Source: Nitrospirota bacterium (GTDB lineage Bacteria > Nitrospirota > Thermodesulfovibrionia > UBA6902). From it: a stretch of 64,000 nucleotides of DNA. A model generated the notes under the pieces. It saw nothing but the letters and a program-made list of their open reading frames with translations. It was not told the DNA's origin and searched no databases. Below are positions 1-8,360 of the stretch, in pieces; positions within the stretch are counted from its first letter, which is position 1, and each line of letters begins with the position of its first letter. The stretch spans positions 13,875 to 77,874 of the forward strand of contig JACRHD010000067.1 in assembly GCA_016234115.1 (NCBI GenBank), written 5' to 3'. A program made the position numbers and the translations under genes.

Positions 1-93
1 GTGCTTGTAATGGCGGTCATTTATTTTACCGTCCCGGAAAGGTCGTTATTCATTTATCACCAGATAAGATGGTGGAATGAGTTCTGGAAATGA
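1..93 (+). CDS. 3' end of an upstream gene, probably a membrane protein (partial)
   Basis: Frame 1 is open from base 1 (VLVMAVIYFTVPERSLFIYHQIRWWNEFWK*). Its TGA overlaps the next start as ATGA at 90-93. Confidence 0.6.
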   Translation: MLVMAVIYFTVPERSLFIYHQIRWWNEFWK

Positions 94-779
94 AGATGAA
101 AACAGCCGTCATTATCCCCGCGCTCAACGAATCGAAGACGTTGCCGCTTGTCCTCAGGGACATTCCGAAAGACCTCGTAGACGAGGTCGTGGTGATCGAC
201 AACGGCAGCAGCGACCGGACTCCCGAAATCGCTAAAGGGCTCGGGGCAACCGTGCTGCATGAGACAAGGAGGGGCTACGGATACCCCTGCCTCAGGGGCC
301 TTGAGTACCTGAAGACAAAGGGACCTGACATCGTGGTTTTCGTTGATGGAAACTACAGCGACCATCCGGATGAGATTGGCAGGCTCGTCGCGCCGATAAT
401 AAATGAAGGCTATGACCTTGTTCTGGGCACGCGGGTCACGGGCCGGGCGGAAAAAGGTTCACTCCGCATGCCGGTGCGTTTCGGCAACCGGCTGGCTACG
501 ACATTGATCAGAATCCTTTATGGGTTCAAATATACCGACGTGGGCCCTTTCAGGGCGATCAGGTTCGATAAATTGCTGACGCTCGACATGCAGGACAACC
601 TCGGATGGACCATAGAGATGCAGGTAAAAGCGGTGAAGAAAGGGTTCAGGATACTCGAAGTGCCCGTAAGCTATCGCATGGGGACCGGCAAGTCCAAACT
701 TACCGGAAACCTGAAAGGCATATTCATCGTCGGCTACAGGATTTTGCGGGCGGTTTTCAAGAACCTGTTTTATTCGTAA
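90..779 (+). CDS. Glycosyltransferase family 2 (DPM synthase-like)
   Basis: IIPALNE, VIDNGSSDRT, RRGYG, VFVDGNYSD, TDVGPFRAI and EVPVSYR motifs. Confidence 0.9.
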   Translation: MKMKTAVIIPALNESKTLPLVLRDIPKDLVDEVVVIDNGSSDRTPEIAKGLGATVLHETRRGYGYPCLRGLEYLKTKGPDIVVFVDGNYSDHPDEIGRLVAPIINEGYDLVLGTRVTGRAEKGSLRMPVRFGNRLATTLIRILYGFKYTDVGPFRAIRFDKLLTLDMQDNLGWTIEMQVKAVKKGFRILEVPVSYRMGTGKSKLTGNLKGIFIVGYRILRAVFKNLFYS

Positions 780-788
780 CGCCCTCCC

Positions 789-826
789 AAAAAAAAGGCC
801 CCACCCGCCGGGGTGAAGCCTTTTTT
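789..826. terminator. Bidirectional intrinsic terminator
   Basis: A8, imperfect GC stem, T6, between convergent genes. Confidence 0.75.
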
Positions 827-859
827 GATTACTTCTTCCTGATATCTCAGACTATATCT

Positions 860-1915
860 CTATCCTTCTCCTATAAACGTCATCGGGTTTTTATAACCAT
901 GACATTCAGTACAGATCTTCCTCGCTTCTGCCGGTGATACCCTCCAGGAGTGCGGTTTATGGCACTTCATGCACTCAAGGCCGACTGTCTGGATATGGAG
1001 CTTATGCCTGCCCACGTTTACCACCTGCGGATGACAGCCCACACAGGTCCCATAGTCGGGCCTTACCTTCTGGTGTGGCTTGTGGCACTGGTAGCAGAAG
1101 AACTGCATCGGCGCGTCAGCAGGCCTGTTGATCTTTGTCGCCTGATCAACAGTCGCGTCAGAGGGCTGGAAGTGCTTGACATCCAGGGTGCCTTCGCGGA
1201 TCAGGGATTGCCTGACAGTCTCATCACCGTGGCAGAAGAGGCATTTTCTCGGGCCGGGCTTCAGATCAGGGGTCCTGTCCGTATGACAGTTCAGGCAGGC
1301 AAGCCCGCCCATCCCCTCGCCGTGCACTTCCTTGTCCTTATGGCAATTAAGGCAGTACCTCTCTTCAAGGTTGAACTTGTGGACCCTGTATCCGTGACAT
1401 TTCGAGCATTCGATCTTCTCCATGAAGTAATGTTTTGCGTGGAGCCTCGACTCATTGATCTTGATGGCGGTCGGATACCGTTTATCTTCCTCCCAGTGGC
1501 AGCTTACACAGGTCTTCCACGGAACTATGATCTTTCCGTATCTCACGGGGACTTTTTCAGTGTTGCGGATAAAGGCGCTCACCATAAGGGCGTTGAGCTC
1601 GCCTATTGAGAGGTGATGGCATTCGTGACAATTAATATCTTTATGTTCGCTCTGCTGCCACGCTGCATAGGATTCATTCATTATATGGCAGGAGTTACAG
1701 AATGCCGGATTATTCTGCGTAAAATTATAAGTCGTAAATGCGGTAAAGCCTGCGCCTCCGACAGTGGCAAGAATCAGGATCGCAATTATCGCCTTTGCGG
1801 CTACAGGCACCCTCGTAGCGAAGGCCCTCCACCTGTCAAGCAGCCCCTTCAATCCCTTTCTGGGCGGCTGAGGCTCTTTATTTTCTTCTTCTAACGGCTC
1901 TTTTTCTTCTTCCAC
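860..1915 (-). CDS. Membrane-anchored multiheme cytochrome c with 11 CxxCH and a NapC/NirT-like N-terminus
   Basis: One N-terminal TM helix, then FCNSCHIM. Eleven CxxCH counted. AGGAGG RBS before a GTG start. Confidence 0.9.
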   Translation of the reverse strand: MEEEKEPLEEENKEPQPPRKGLKGLLDRWRAFATRVPVAAKAIIAILILATVGGAGFTAFTTYNFTQNNPAFCNSCHIMNESYAAWQQSEHKDINCHECHHLSIGELNALMVSAFIRNTEKVPVRYGKIIVPWKTCVSCHWEEDKRYPTAIKINESRLHAKHYFMEKIECSKCHGYRVHKFNLEERYCLNCHKDKEVHGEGMGGLACLNCHTDRTPDLKPGPRKCLFCHGDETVRQSLIREGTLDVKHFQPSDATVDQATKINRPADAPMQFFCYQCHKPHQKVRPDYGTCVGCHPQVVNVGRHKLHIQTVGLECMKCHKPHSWRVSPAEARKICTECHGYKNPMTFIGEG

Positions 1916-1957
1916 TTCAAACTACCTCCTTAGATTTTATTGCGTATACCGATAACA

Positions 1958-1991
1958 TTTGTAGGGGCGTTGCATGCAACGCCCCTACAAA
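1958..1991. repeat. GTAG-type REP-like perfect palindrome
   Basis: TTTGTAGGGGCGTTGCA|TGCAACGCCCCTACAAA, 34 bp. Confidence 0.8.
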
Positions 1992-2024
1992 GTCATTACG
2001 AAATCTGATAATTATAAACAAATA

Positions 2025-3293
2025 CTATTTATATTTCAACGACGGAATGACCTTATTGAATATCCAGAAGAAGAAAAACGGCAGCCCGCCCATCAGAAGC
2101 GCGCCGAAGAGGCCTTCTTTAAAAGTTTCAAGATTATGCGGGATGATAGGCAGATGGTAATGCATGTACCCTGCAAATGTGAGCGAAAAGGCCTGTCCGC
2201 CTATCACGACGTTCCACCTCATCATAAATACGCCGAAGAGCACCAGCAAGGTTGACAGCACAGCTCTTTTTACGGTAAGTCCCGGCAAGAGCAATAGTAT
2301 AAATGGAACGAGATTGCCGACTGTGTACTGGAGGATAAATATATTGACAAAATCCTTGCCGTAAATAACGCTGCGCAGTATGTCCCATGACTTCACCGCG
2401 GTATATCCCCTGAATATGAGATCTAACAATTCGAGGGTGATGGCGGCAACCAGAAAACCGATCAGGTACTTCGATACCTTTTTTACCATGTCGATCTCGG
2501 CGCCCTTCACTTCGTCGGCGGACATCTGCCAGTGGCGCCTGCCGTGCCTGGATATCTGCCACTTCTGCCACTCCATTATAAGCACAAATGTAAGCAGGCA
2601 AAGGGCAATGCCGGACACAATAGCAGACATGATAAAGATGACCGGCATCAGCGGCGTCATCCATAATGCGTTGGCCTTGACGGACCCGAATATAAAACCG
2701 GCATAGCCGTGAAGGAAGCAGGCAACAGGAATGCCGATACCTGCAAGCATCTTGACCGCTCTCTCATCTTTATGAAGGGCCGCATCGCTGATGTCATGCG
2801 CGCCGAGGGTAAGAACGCTGTATATAATTCTTAAGATAGCATTTCCAATGCCTTCTTTATTCCTGAGGTCATTGACCTGTTCCACAAAAAATTTCCTGTG
2901 AACAAACCATATCTCGCTGGCAACTATAGCCATGTAGACTGAAAAGACCATACCGAAAGCAGCGATTGCCGACGTAAAATGAGGCGTAAGCATGACCTCC
3001 CAGTTTCTCTGCGCCTGCTGAAGGTGAAACAGCAAAGGCATCGGCGCGACCAGAAGAAGCGCGAAAGAGAAAAGGAGGGAAAACTTTGCGATATCTTTCA
3101 GATCATCCTGACCGAAGACATGGTAAAGGGACGAAAGCACAAAGGCACCCGCAACCAGTCCCGTCAGGAACGGATACATGACGATCTGTATGGTCCAGTA
3201 GATGAACTCATTCGGGTAAGTAAATAATTCCTTGACGGTCCATTCCAGACCATGTACGACCATTTCAGCATTTTGAGCGGTTTCCGCTGTCAT
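2025..3293 (-). CDS. NrfD/PsrC-family quinol-interacting membrane subunit
   Basis: Multi-TM protein with IVMYPFLTGLVAG, LHGYAGFIF, PVIFIMSAIVSG and MRWNVVIGGQ. Follows an Fe-S subunit. Confidence 0.88.
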   Translation of the reverse strand: MTAETAQNAEMVVHGLEWTVKELFTYPNEFIYWTIQIVMYPFLTGLVAGAFVLSSLYHVFGQDDLKDIAKFSLLFSFALLLVAPMPLLFHLQQAQRNWEVMLTPHFTSAIAAFGMVFSVYMAIVASEIWFVHRKFFVEQVNDLRNKEGIGNAILRIIYSVLTLGAHDISDAALHKDERAVKMLAGIGIPVACFLHGYAGFIFGSVKANALWMTPLMPVIFIMSAIVSGIALCLLTFVLIMEWQKWQISRHGRRHWQMSADEVKGAEIDMVKKVSKYLIGFLVAAITLELLDLIFRGYTAVKSWDILRSVIYGKDFVNIFILQYTVGNLVPFILLLLPGLTVKRAVLSTLLVLFGVFMMRWNVVIGGQAFSLTFAGYMHYHLPIIPHNLETFKEGLFGALLMGGLPFFFFWIFNKVIPSLKYK

Positions 3294-3297
3294 TTAA

Positions 3298-4071
3298 TCA
3301 CCTCACATTCTCGTCAAGTCCGAGATAATATACCTGCGGTTTAGTCCCGTACTCACTCTTGAGAACGCCTACTCTCTCGGTGAGAACGATTTTTGTAACA
3401 GGGTCATTAGGGTCTTTAAGATTTCCGATCATTCTTGCTCCAAACGGGCAGGCGTCCACACAGGCCGTATTCAGACCTTTTGTTATGCGGTGATAACAGA
3501 AGTTGCACTTCTCTGTCACCTTATGGACAGGGTGAAAGAACCTGACTCCGTAGGGGCACGCCATGATACAATAGCCGCAGCCGATGCACCAGGACCTGTC
3601 GATAAGCACAACTCCGTCAGTCGTCTGATAAGTCGCTCCTACCGGGCACACCTGAACGCACGGCGGCGTGTCACACTGATTGCAGAGCTTAGGGACAAAA
3701 AAGGCCTTGGCGATGTCCTTGGGGTCCACCGCTGTTTCACGTATCTTATTCTCGGTAAACCCATCCCGGGCGCCCATAGGCGAATCAGCAAGCATTTCCC
3801 CGTCTTTCTTTATGATGTACCTCTCCACCCACGTTCTCGTAACCGGGGTGTCGTAAGGCACCTCATTTTCATTCTTGCAGGCCTTGACGCAAAGTCCGCA
3901 GCCGACGCATTTGTAGGTATCAACGAGGAAGGCCCACCTGACTTTGCCCGGCCCTTTTATTTCGGCCATGACTTCCTTGGGTTCGAGAAACTTGATAGCG
4001 CCCATCGGCAGGGCGGTAATCAGAGCTCCTTTAGCTGCCGTTATTAATAGTTCTCTCCTCGAAAATTTCAC
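3298..4071 (-). CDS. Tat-exported 4Fe-4S dicluster protein (NrfC/DmsB-like)
   Basis: FSRRELL twin-Arg signal; CVGCGLCVKAC, CNQCDTPPCVQVCP, CIGCGYCIMACP, KCNFC. Start moved to GTG 4071 (GGAGG RBS, abuts upstream stop). Confidence 0.9.
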   Translation of the reverse strand: MKFSRRELLITAAKGALITALPMGAIKFLEPKEVMAEIKGPGKVRWAFLVDTYKCVGCGLCVKACKNENEVPYDTPVTRTWVERYIIKKDGEMLADSPMGARDGFTENKIRETAVDPKDIAKAFFVPKLCNQCDTPPCVQVCPVGATYQTTDGVVLIDRSWCIGCGYCIMACPYGVRFFHPVHKVTEKCNFCYHRITKGLNTACVDACPFGARMIGNLKDPNDPVTKIVLTERVGVLKSEYGTKPQVYYLGLDENVR

Positions 4072-4072
4072 T

Positions 4073-4540
4073 TTATCCTCCCAGGTTCGGCTTATGGGGA
4101 TCATGACACATGCTGCACTCCATATCCGGGTTATGCTCGGCGGGATTAATCCCCTTTATTTTTGATCTGTCGCTTTGTTCATAAGGGAGATATGCATGAC
4201 ATCTGATGCATAGGGCCCTGCTTTTGTCGATGACGAGCTTTTCAGGGTTTTCAGGGTGGTCGACAGCGGGACCGTGACAATTTTCGCACTGAATGATACT
4301 GTGCTTTGAAGACATATTGCTGTCGTATTTTTCCTGGTGACAGTCTTTGCAGTATTCCTTTGAGCGGTATTTTACCTTAATGGCCTTCCAGTCTTCCTCG
4401 TTTCCCTTCCTGTGGTAACCATACATGAAACCTCTTTCCCCTGTCCCGAAGTCAGAAGGAACGATTAGAGGTCTGAGAAGAAGAATTAAACCGACCAAAC
4501 CCAAAACAATCCACAATGGACGCCATACATGACTTTTCAA
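4073..4540 (-). CDS. Membrane-anchored tetraheme cytochrome c
   Basis: N-terminal hydrophobic helix; CKDCH, CENCH, CIRCH, CSMCH. Confidence 0.88.
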   Translation of the reverse strand: MKSHVWRPLWIVLGLVGLILLLRPLIVPSDFGTGERGFMYGYHRKGNEEDWKAIKVKYRSKEYCKDCHQEKYDSNMSSKHSIIQCENCHGPAVDHPENPEKLVIDKSRALCIRCHAYLPYEQSDRSKIKGINPAEHNPDMECSMCHDPHKPNLGG

Positions 4541-4616
4541 TTTTTATTCCTCCGAGTATTCTTATAGGGGAATTCCCGATAATTATAAAGGCGATTTAAG
4601 ATACCATAAATAATTC

Positions 4617-5009
4617 TTATTCGTCAACTATTGAAAGCGCTATGATCGCATCGATCTCCACTTGGACATCCAACGGCAGTCTGCCCGCCTGAATGGTGGT
4701 CCTTGCGGGCGGGTTATCGGGGAAATATTTTCTGTAGACATCATTGAATCCCGGAAAGTCGTCCATGTCGGCGAGGTAGCAGGTAATCTTTATTACGTCG
4801 CCGAGCCCGGCCCCCGCTTCTTCAGCAATTATCCTGATATTGTCAAGGACGGCCCCGGTTTCCTCTTCTATGGTCCCCCTGACCAGCGTCCCTCCGGCCG
4901 GATCGATGGGGATCTGACCGGAGAGATACAGGAGCCTCTCATGAATTACCGCTTGCGAGTACGGCCCTTTCGGCGCAGGGGCTTTATCCGTATAAAATAT
5001 TTTTTTCAT
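4617..5009 (-). CDS. ridA: RidA/YjgF family reactive imine deaminase
   Basis: APKGPYSQAV, SGQIP, PPARTTI, LPLDVQVEIDAI. Confidence 0.92.
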   Translation of the reverse strand: MKKIFYTDKAPAPKGPYSQAVIHERLLYLSGQIPIDPAGGTLVRGTIEEETGAVLDNIRIIAEEAGAGLGDVIKITCYLADMDDFPGFNDVYRKYFPDNPPARTTIQAGRLPLDVQVEIDAIIALSIVDE

Positions 5010-5018
5010 GATCGGCGG

Positions 5019-5243
5019 CTATTTCTTTTTCGCCTTCATCTGCTTGCCGCAGCAAACTATATCGTGTGTCTCCATGCAACCGCAGACTTCATCTACGGTG
5101 ACTGCCATGCCGCATACTCCGCACTGGTATCTGTCGCCTTCCTTTATCTTCGACTTCTTCGCCTTTGTTTTTGTCTTTGTCACCGCTTTTGTTTTCGCCT
5201 TTGTCTTCGACGCTGCTGCTGTTTTCTTCTTTGCTGTTGCCAT
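5019..5243 (-). CDS. Small protein: Lys/Thr/Ala-rich N-terminal tail plus desulforedoxin-like metal site
   Basis: MATAKKKTAAASKTKAKTK..., then YQCGVCG...CGC...VCCGKQM. AAGGAGG RBS. Confidence 0.8.
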   Translation of the reverse strand: MATAKKKTAAASKTKAKTKAVTKTKTKAKKSKIKEGDRYQCGVCGMAVTVDEVCGCMETHDIVCCGKQMKAKKK

Positions 5244-5260
5244 GAATTCCTCCTTTGATT

Positions 5261-5337
5261 AGTAACGTGTGACAAGTAACAAGTAACGGGCAAGTTAAAA
5301 AGTATCTCTCGTCACTTGTTACTCGTTACCCGTCACT
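5261..5337. repeat. Inverted array of 7-nt units (AGTRACN type), copy 1
   Basis: AGTAACG TGTGACA AGTAACA AGTAACG ... CGTCACT TGTTACT CGTTACC CGTCACT. Confidence 0.8.
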
Positions 5338-5345
5338 TTATCTGT

Positions 5346-5771
5346 TTATTTCCCCAAAGCCTGTTCCAGGTCCATAGCGTGCTCTTGTTCGACGGCTAAA
5401 ATATTTCTGAGCTGTTGGGCCAAATGATACAAGTTCAACTGCTCTGCCTGCGTTATCCTCGCGATATACCGGGCTATGGCGTCATTTTCACCGTCGAGGT
5501 CCTGCTGAAGCATGGTCACGTTGTCTCCTGATATTTTTGCGGAAGGCACGTTAACGGTAGGCACTCCGCCCATATAAGCAATTTGCGCAACAAGGATGGT
5601 AGCGTGCTGGAGCTCTTCCTGCGCGTGAATTATCAGCTCCTTCTGGATGCTCTGGTACATCGCGCCCCTCAGGACCCCCTGATGCTGGGTATACTGGACC
5701 ATTGCCGTATATTCAAGCGCGAGGTCCTTATTCAACAAATCAATCAATTGCTCTTTAGTTATCTTTTCCAT
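5346..5771 (-). CDS. Ferritin-like/bacterioferritin-like di-iron protein
   Basis: ALEYTAMVQY, EELQH, DGENDAI, EQEH ligand pattern. Leu at the position of the heme-ligating Met of Bfr. Confidence 0.85.
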   Translation of the reverse strand: MEKITKEQLIDLLNKDLALEYTAMVQYTQHQGVLRGAMYQSIQKELIIHAQEELQHATILVAQIAYMGGVPTVNVPSAKISGDNVTMLQQDLDGENDAIARYIARITQAEQLNLYHLAQQLRNILAVEQEHAMDLEQALGK

Positions 5772-5834
5772 GCGCAGCTCCCATAAACGTCGGGGACGAA
5801 CGGTCGTCCGCCCCCGCCTCTCCTCAGCCTTTAA

Positions 5835-5915
5835 TTACTTCTTGGTAGTCTTTTTCACAGTCTTCTTGGTCGTGGCCTTTTCCGTCTTCTTCGGCCCGCA
5901 TTTTCCGCAACCCAT
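5835..5915 (-). CDS. 26-aa microprotein MGCGKCGPKKTEKATTKKTVKKTTKK (not in ORF track)
   Basis: Translated by hand. AAAGGAGG RBS 7 nt before ATG. First ORF after a TTGACA promoter. Confidence 0.7.
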   Translation of the reverse strand: MGCGKCGPKKTEKATTKKTVKKTTKK

Positions 5916-5959
5916 GTATTATCCTCCTTTCACGAGATATCCTAATACAAACGGTCACT

Positions 5960-6015
5960 TATATAATACTAACACCTAACTCGAAATTGTCAACCGTTTA
6001 AATATATGTTATAAA
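5960..6015. promoter_or_regulatory. Overlapping divergent sigma70 promoters (microprotein-ferritin operon and rubrerythrin)
   Basis: Plus strand: TTGTCA(5987)-17 nt-TATAAA(6010) with extended TG. Minus strand: TTGACA(5993-5988) followed by TAGTAT/TATTAT. Confidence 0.55.
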
Positions 6016-6032
6016 TATACCCTGGAGCTTGA

Positions 6033-6087
6033 TCGCCCCCGGTAAATGAGGGCGCTACAATGTAGCGTCGGGGTTTATCCCCGACGG
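6033..6087. repeat. Pair of GTAG-type REP-like hairpins in the rubrerythrin leader
   Basis: CGCCC..GGGCGCTACA A TGTAGCGTCGGGG..CCCCGACG. A degenerate GTAG-like copy also lies at 5789-5815. Confidence 0.55.
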
Positions 6088-6124
6088 CAAAGCCGCTTTT
6101 TAATTTATGACAGGAGGTTTTAAT

Positions 6125-6703
6125 ATGGCAAAATCAATCAAAGGGACGAGGACGGAACAGAATCTGCTGAAGGCATTCGCCGGAGAATCACAGGCGAGAA
6201 ACAGGTATACGTATTTTGCGGGGGCCGCAAAGAAGGAAGGATATGAGCAGATAGCCGCCTTCTTCCTTGAGACTGCCGAGAATGAAAAAGAGCACGCAAA
6301 GGTCTTCTTCAGGCACCTCGAAGGCGGAGACGTGGAGATCACCGCCGGTTATCCCGCTGGCAAGATCGGGAGCACCAGGGAAAACCTTGATCACGCCGCG
6401 GCCGGTGAAAACCTCGAATGGACGACCCTATACTCTGATTTTGAAAAAATCGCCGTTGATGAAGGGTTCCCTGAAATTGCCGAAAGCTTCAGGCAGATAG
6501 CAAAGGTTGAAAAATTTCACGAAGCGCGATACAGGAGATTATCATCGAACATCGGCAGCGGGACCGTCTTTAAAAAACAGGCGAAGACAGCGTGGCACTG
6601 CAGAAACTGCGGATATGTGATCGAAAGCAATGAAGCGCCCCAGGAGTGTCCCGCATGCAAACATCCTCAGGCGCATTATGAAGTCTTGGCGGAGAACTAT
6701 TAG
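6125..6703 (+). CDS. rbr: Rubrerythrin
   Basis: [29 protein letters not shown] and C-terminal CRNCG...CPAC rubredoxin site. Start at second ATG after AGGAGG. Confidence 0.95.
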   Translation: MAKSIKGTRTEQNLLKAFAGESQARNRYTYFAGAAKKEGYEQIAAFFLETAENEKEHAKVFFRHLEGGDVEITAGYPAGKIGSTRENLDHAAAGENLEWTTLYSDFEKIAVDEGFPEIAESFRQIAKVEKFHEARYRRLSSNIGSGTVFKKQAKTAWHCRNCGYVIESNEAPQECPACKHPQAHYEVLAENY

Positions 6704-6708
6704 TAAGA

Positions 6709-6765
6709 CAGCATTCAGCGATCAGCGAAGGCTTTTTTTGAGCTGACGGCTGATTGCTGTCGGCT
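6709..6765. repeat. Inverted array of 7-nt units (CAGCNNT type)
   Basis: CAGCATT CAGCGAT CAGC ... GCTGACG GCTGATT GCTGTCG, between convergent genes. Confidence 0.7.
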
Positions 6766-6768
6766 ATC

Positions 6769-7008
6769 TTATCCCTTTTTGTCAAAAAGGTCATTGAGGA
6801 TCGTCTCTATCTGCGGCGGGGTTATCCAGTTCTTTTCCAGCAATATCCTCCCTATCAGCCTGTGGGGTCTGTTGGAGATATCGTCATCCATCTGTTCGGA
6901 TAATGCCGACTTGGCCTGTTCCGAGGATATGAAACCTCTGTCAATCGCAATCTTTGCAAAACGCTGACAATACTTCTGTGAAAGCTCCCTGTCGAAGTCA
7001 TTACCCAT
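6769..7008 (-). CDS. Stand-alone MshEN-like protein (putative c-di-GMP binder)
   Basis: Two tandem motifs, RFAKIAIDRGFISSEQAKSALSEQ and RLIGRILLEKNWITPPQIETIL, resemble RLGxxLxxxGLIxxxxLxxxLxxQ. Confidence 0.65.
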   Translation of the reverse strand: MGNDFDRELSQKYCQRFAKIAIDRGFISSEQAKSALSEQMDDDISNRPHRLIGRILLEKNWITPPQIETILNDLFDKKG

Positions 7009-7048
7009 CTTATATCTCCTCTCACAAGATAATAGTGCTTTTAAAATT

Positions 7049-7076
7049 CATTCGGTAATAAAAGATAAAAACTTAA
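7049..7076 (-). promoter_or_regulatory. Possible sigma28 (FliA) promoter
   Basis: TTAAGTTT-N12-ACCGAATG versus consensus TAAAGTTT-N11-GCCGATAA. Confidence 0.4.
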
Positions 7077-7227
7077 ATAATCACAGAGAAGCAATCAGCC
7101 CCGGAACACGCAGGGGAAACCCAGGGGACACAGAGTATAGTTTAGCCTCTCCGGTTTTCCTTGACTCGATACTCTGAACTCCCGATTGAAGTCGCGGTGA
7201 TCTCTGCGCCCGGATGCTTTTTCAGAG

Positions 7228-8280
7228 TTATACTTCGATCAGACTGTAATCCGTACTCCCCAGGCCTATTTCCCCGGCATGCTCAAACTGACGCTGGTGC
7301 ACCCCGATCTTTCCCTCCCTTGAGAATATGTCGGTCTTTTTTGTCAGCATGTCAAACGCCGCCTTGTCCGCGGCAACAATGTCCGTTGAAGCGAGGATGC
7401 CCGCGTCTTCCACAATATGGGGGTCGCTGCCGGCGATGCAGTCGCACTCTTCCGTAATGTCTAACGCAAAATCCATAAACACCTTATTCCTGATATGAGC
7501 AAGGATGCCGCTTGCGTATTCGACCATGCGCTCCGCAAATATACTCTCATCCTCATGCCAGTGGACCTGGACCGCATCGAACTTGCAGCAGGCAATACAT
7601 TCGCCGCACCCGATACAGAGATTTGAATTAATAAAGGCCTTTCTGCTCAATTCCGATACCGCCGAAACGGGACATGACTCGATGCAACAGCCGCACAGCG
7701 TGCACTTCGAGGCGTTAATTACAGGTTTCATGGACGAGTGCTGGACCTGTTTGCCGGCGCGCGAGGCCATACCCATCCCGACATTCTTGATTGAAGCCGC
7801 GTATCCCGTCATAACATGCCCCGTGATATGCGACAGGACCACCAGGTCTTCAAGTACAGTAACAAGCGACGGGACCCTGATTTCCTTCACATGCCTGAAA
7901 TCCGCTTTGACCGTCTTTGAATCGGTCCCGAACACGCTGTCGGCTATTATATAAGGGCAGCCGAGCCTGTCGGGCGTGAACCCCTTCTGATATGCCAGGT
8001 TCAGGTGGTCGACCGCGTTCTGCCTCTGTCCCCTGTAAATGACATTCGTGTCAAAAACAAAAGGCCTTGCGCCGCGCCGTTTCAGGTTTTCAACTAAAAT
8101 CTTCACCAGCTCGGGTTTAATATGGCCCGTGTTCTTTTTCTCTCCGACTGTCATCTTGATGCCCACAAACGAACCCTTTTTAAACCGGGAAAGGACCCCG
8201 TCCATATTGTTCAGAAGTTCCCTGAAGCATTCGCTCCTGCTTCGCCCCTGAATACTGCTGAAATAAACTTCCGGTTTCAT
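7228..8280 (-). CDS. DUF362 domain Fe-S protein with a 2x[4Fe-4S] ferredoxin insert
   Basis: VGIKMTVGE, LSHITGH, SIKNVGMG, CTLCGCCIESCP, CIGCGECIACC, ECDC, GILASTDIVAAD. Confidence 0.85.
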   Translation of the reverse strand: MKPEVYFSSIQGRSRSECFRELLNNMDGVLSRFKKGSFVGIKMTVGEKKNTGHIKPELVKILVENLKRRGARPFVFDTNVIYRGQRQNAVDHLNLAYQKGFTPDRLGCPYIIADSVFGTDSKTVKADFRHVKEIRVPSLVTVLEDLVVLSHITGHVMTGYAASIKNVGMGMASRAGKQVQHSSMKPVINASKCTLCGCCIESCPVSAVSELSRKAFINSNLCIGCGECIACCKFDAVQVHWHEDESIFAERMVEYASGILAHIRNKVFMDFALDITEECDCIAGSDPHIVEDAGILASTDIVAADKAAFDMLTKKTDIFSREGKIGVHQRQFEHAGEIGLGSTDYSLIEV

Positions 8281-8301
8281 GGTTTCACCTCTCGTCTTTT
8301 A

Positions 8302-8360
8302 GGGGCAAGGGTCCAGGGTCCAGGTTTCTTTCTGACCCCGGACTCTGGACCCTTGCCCCT
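8302..8360. repeat. Inverted array of 7-nt units (GGGTCCA type)
   Basis: GGGGCAA GGGTCCA GGGTCCA ... GGACTCT GGACCCT TGCCCCT. Confidence 0.7.

Noticed and set aside
7081-7226. CACAGAG/CTCTG-containing intergenic stretch as ncRNA or tRNA
   Set aside because: No cloverleaf or conserved tRNA loops; at most a degenerate repeat.
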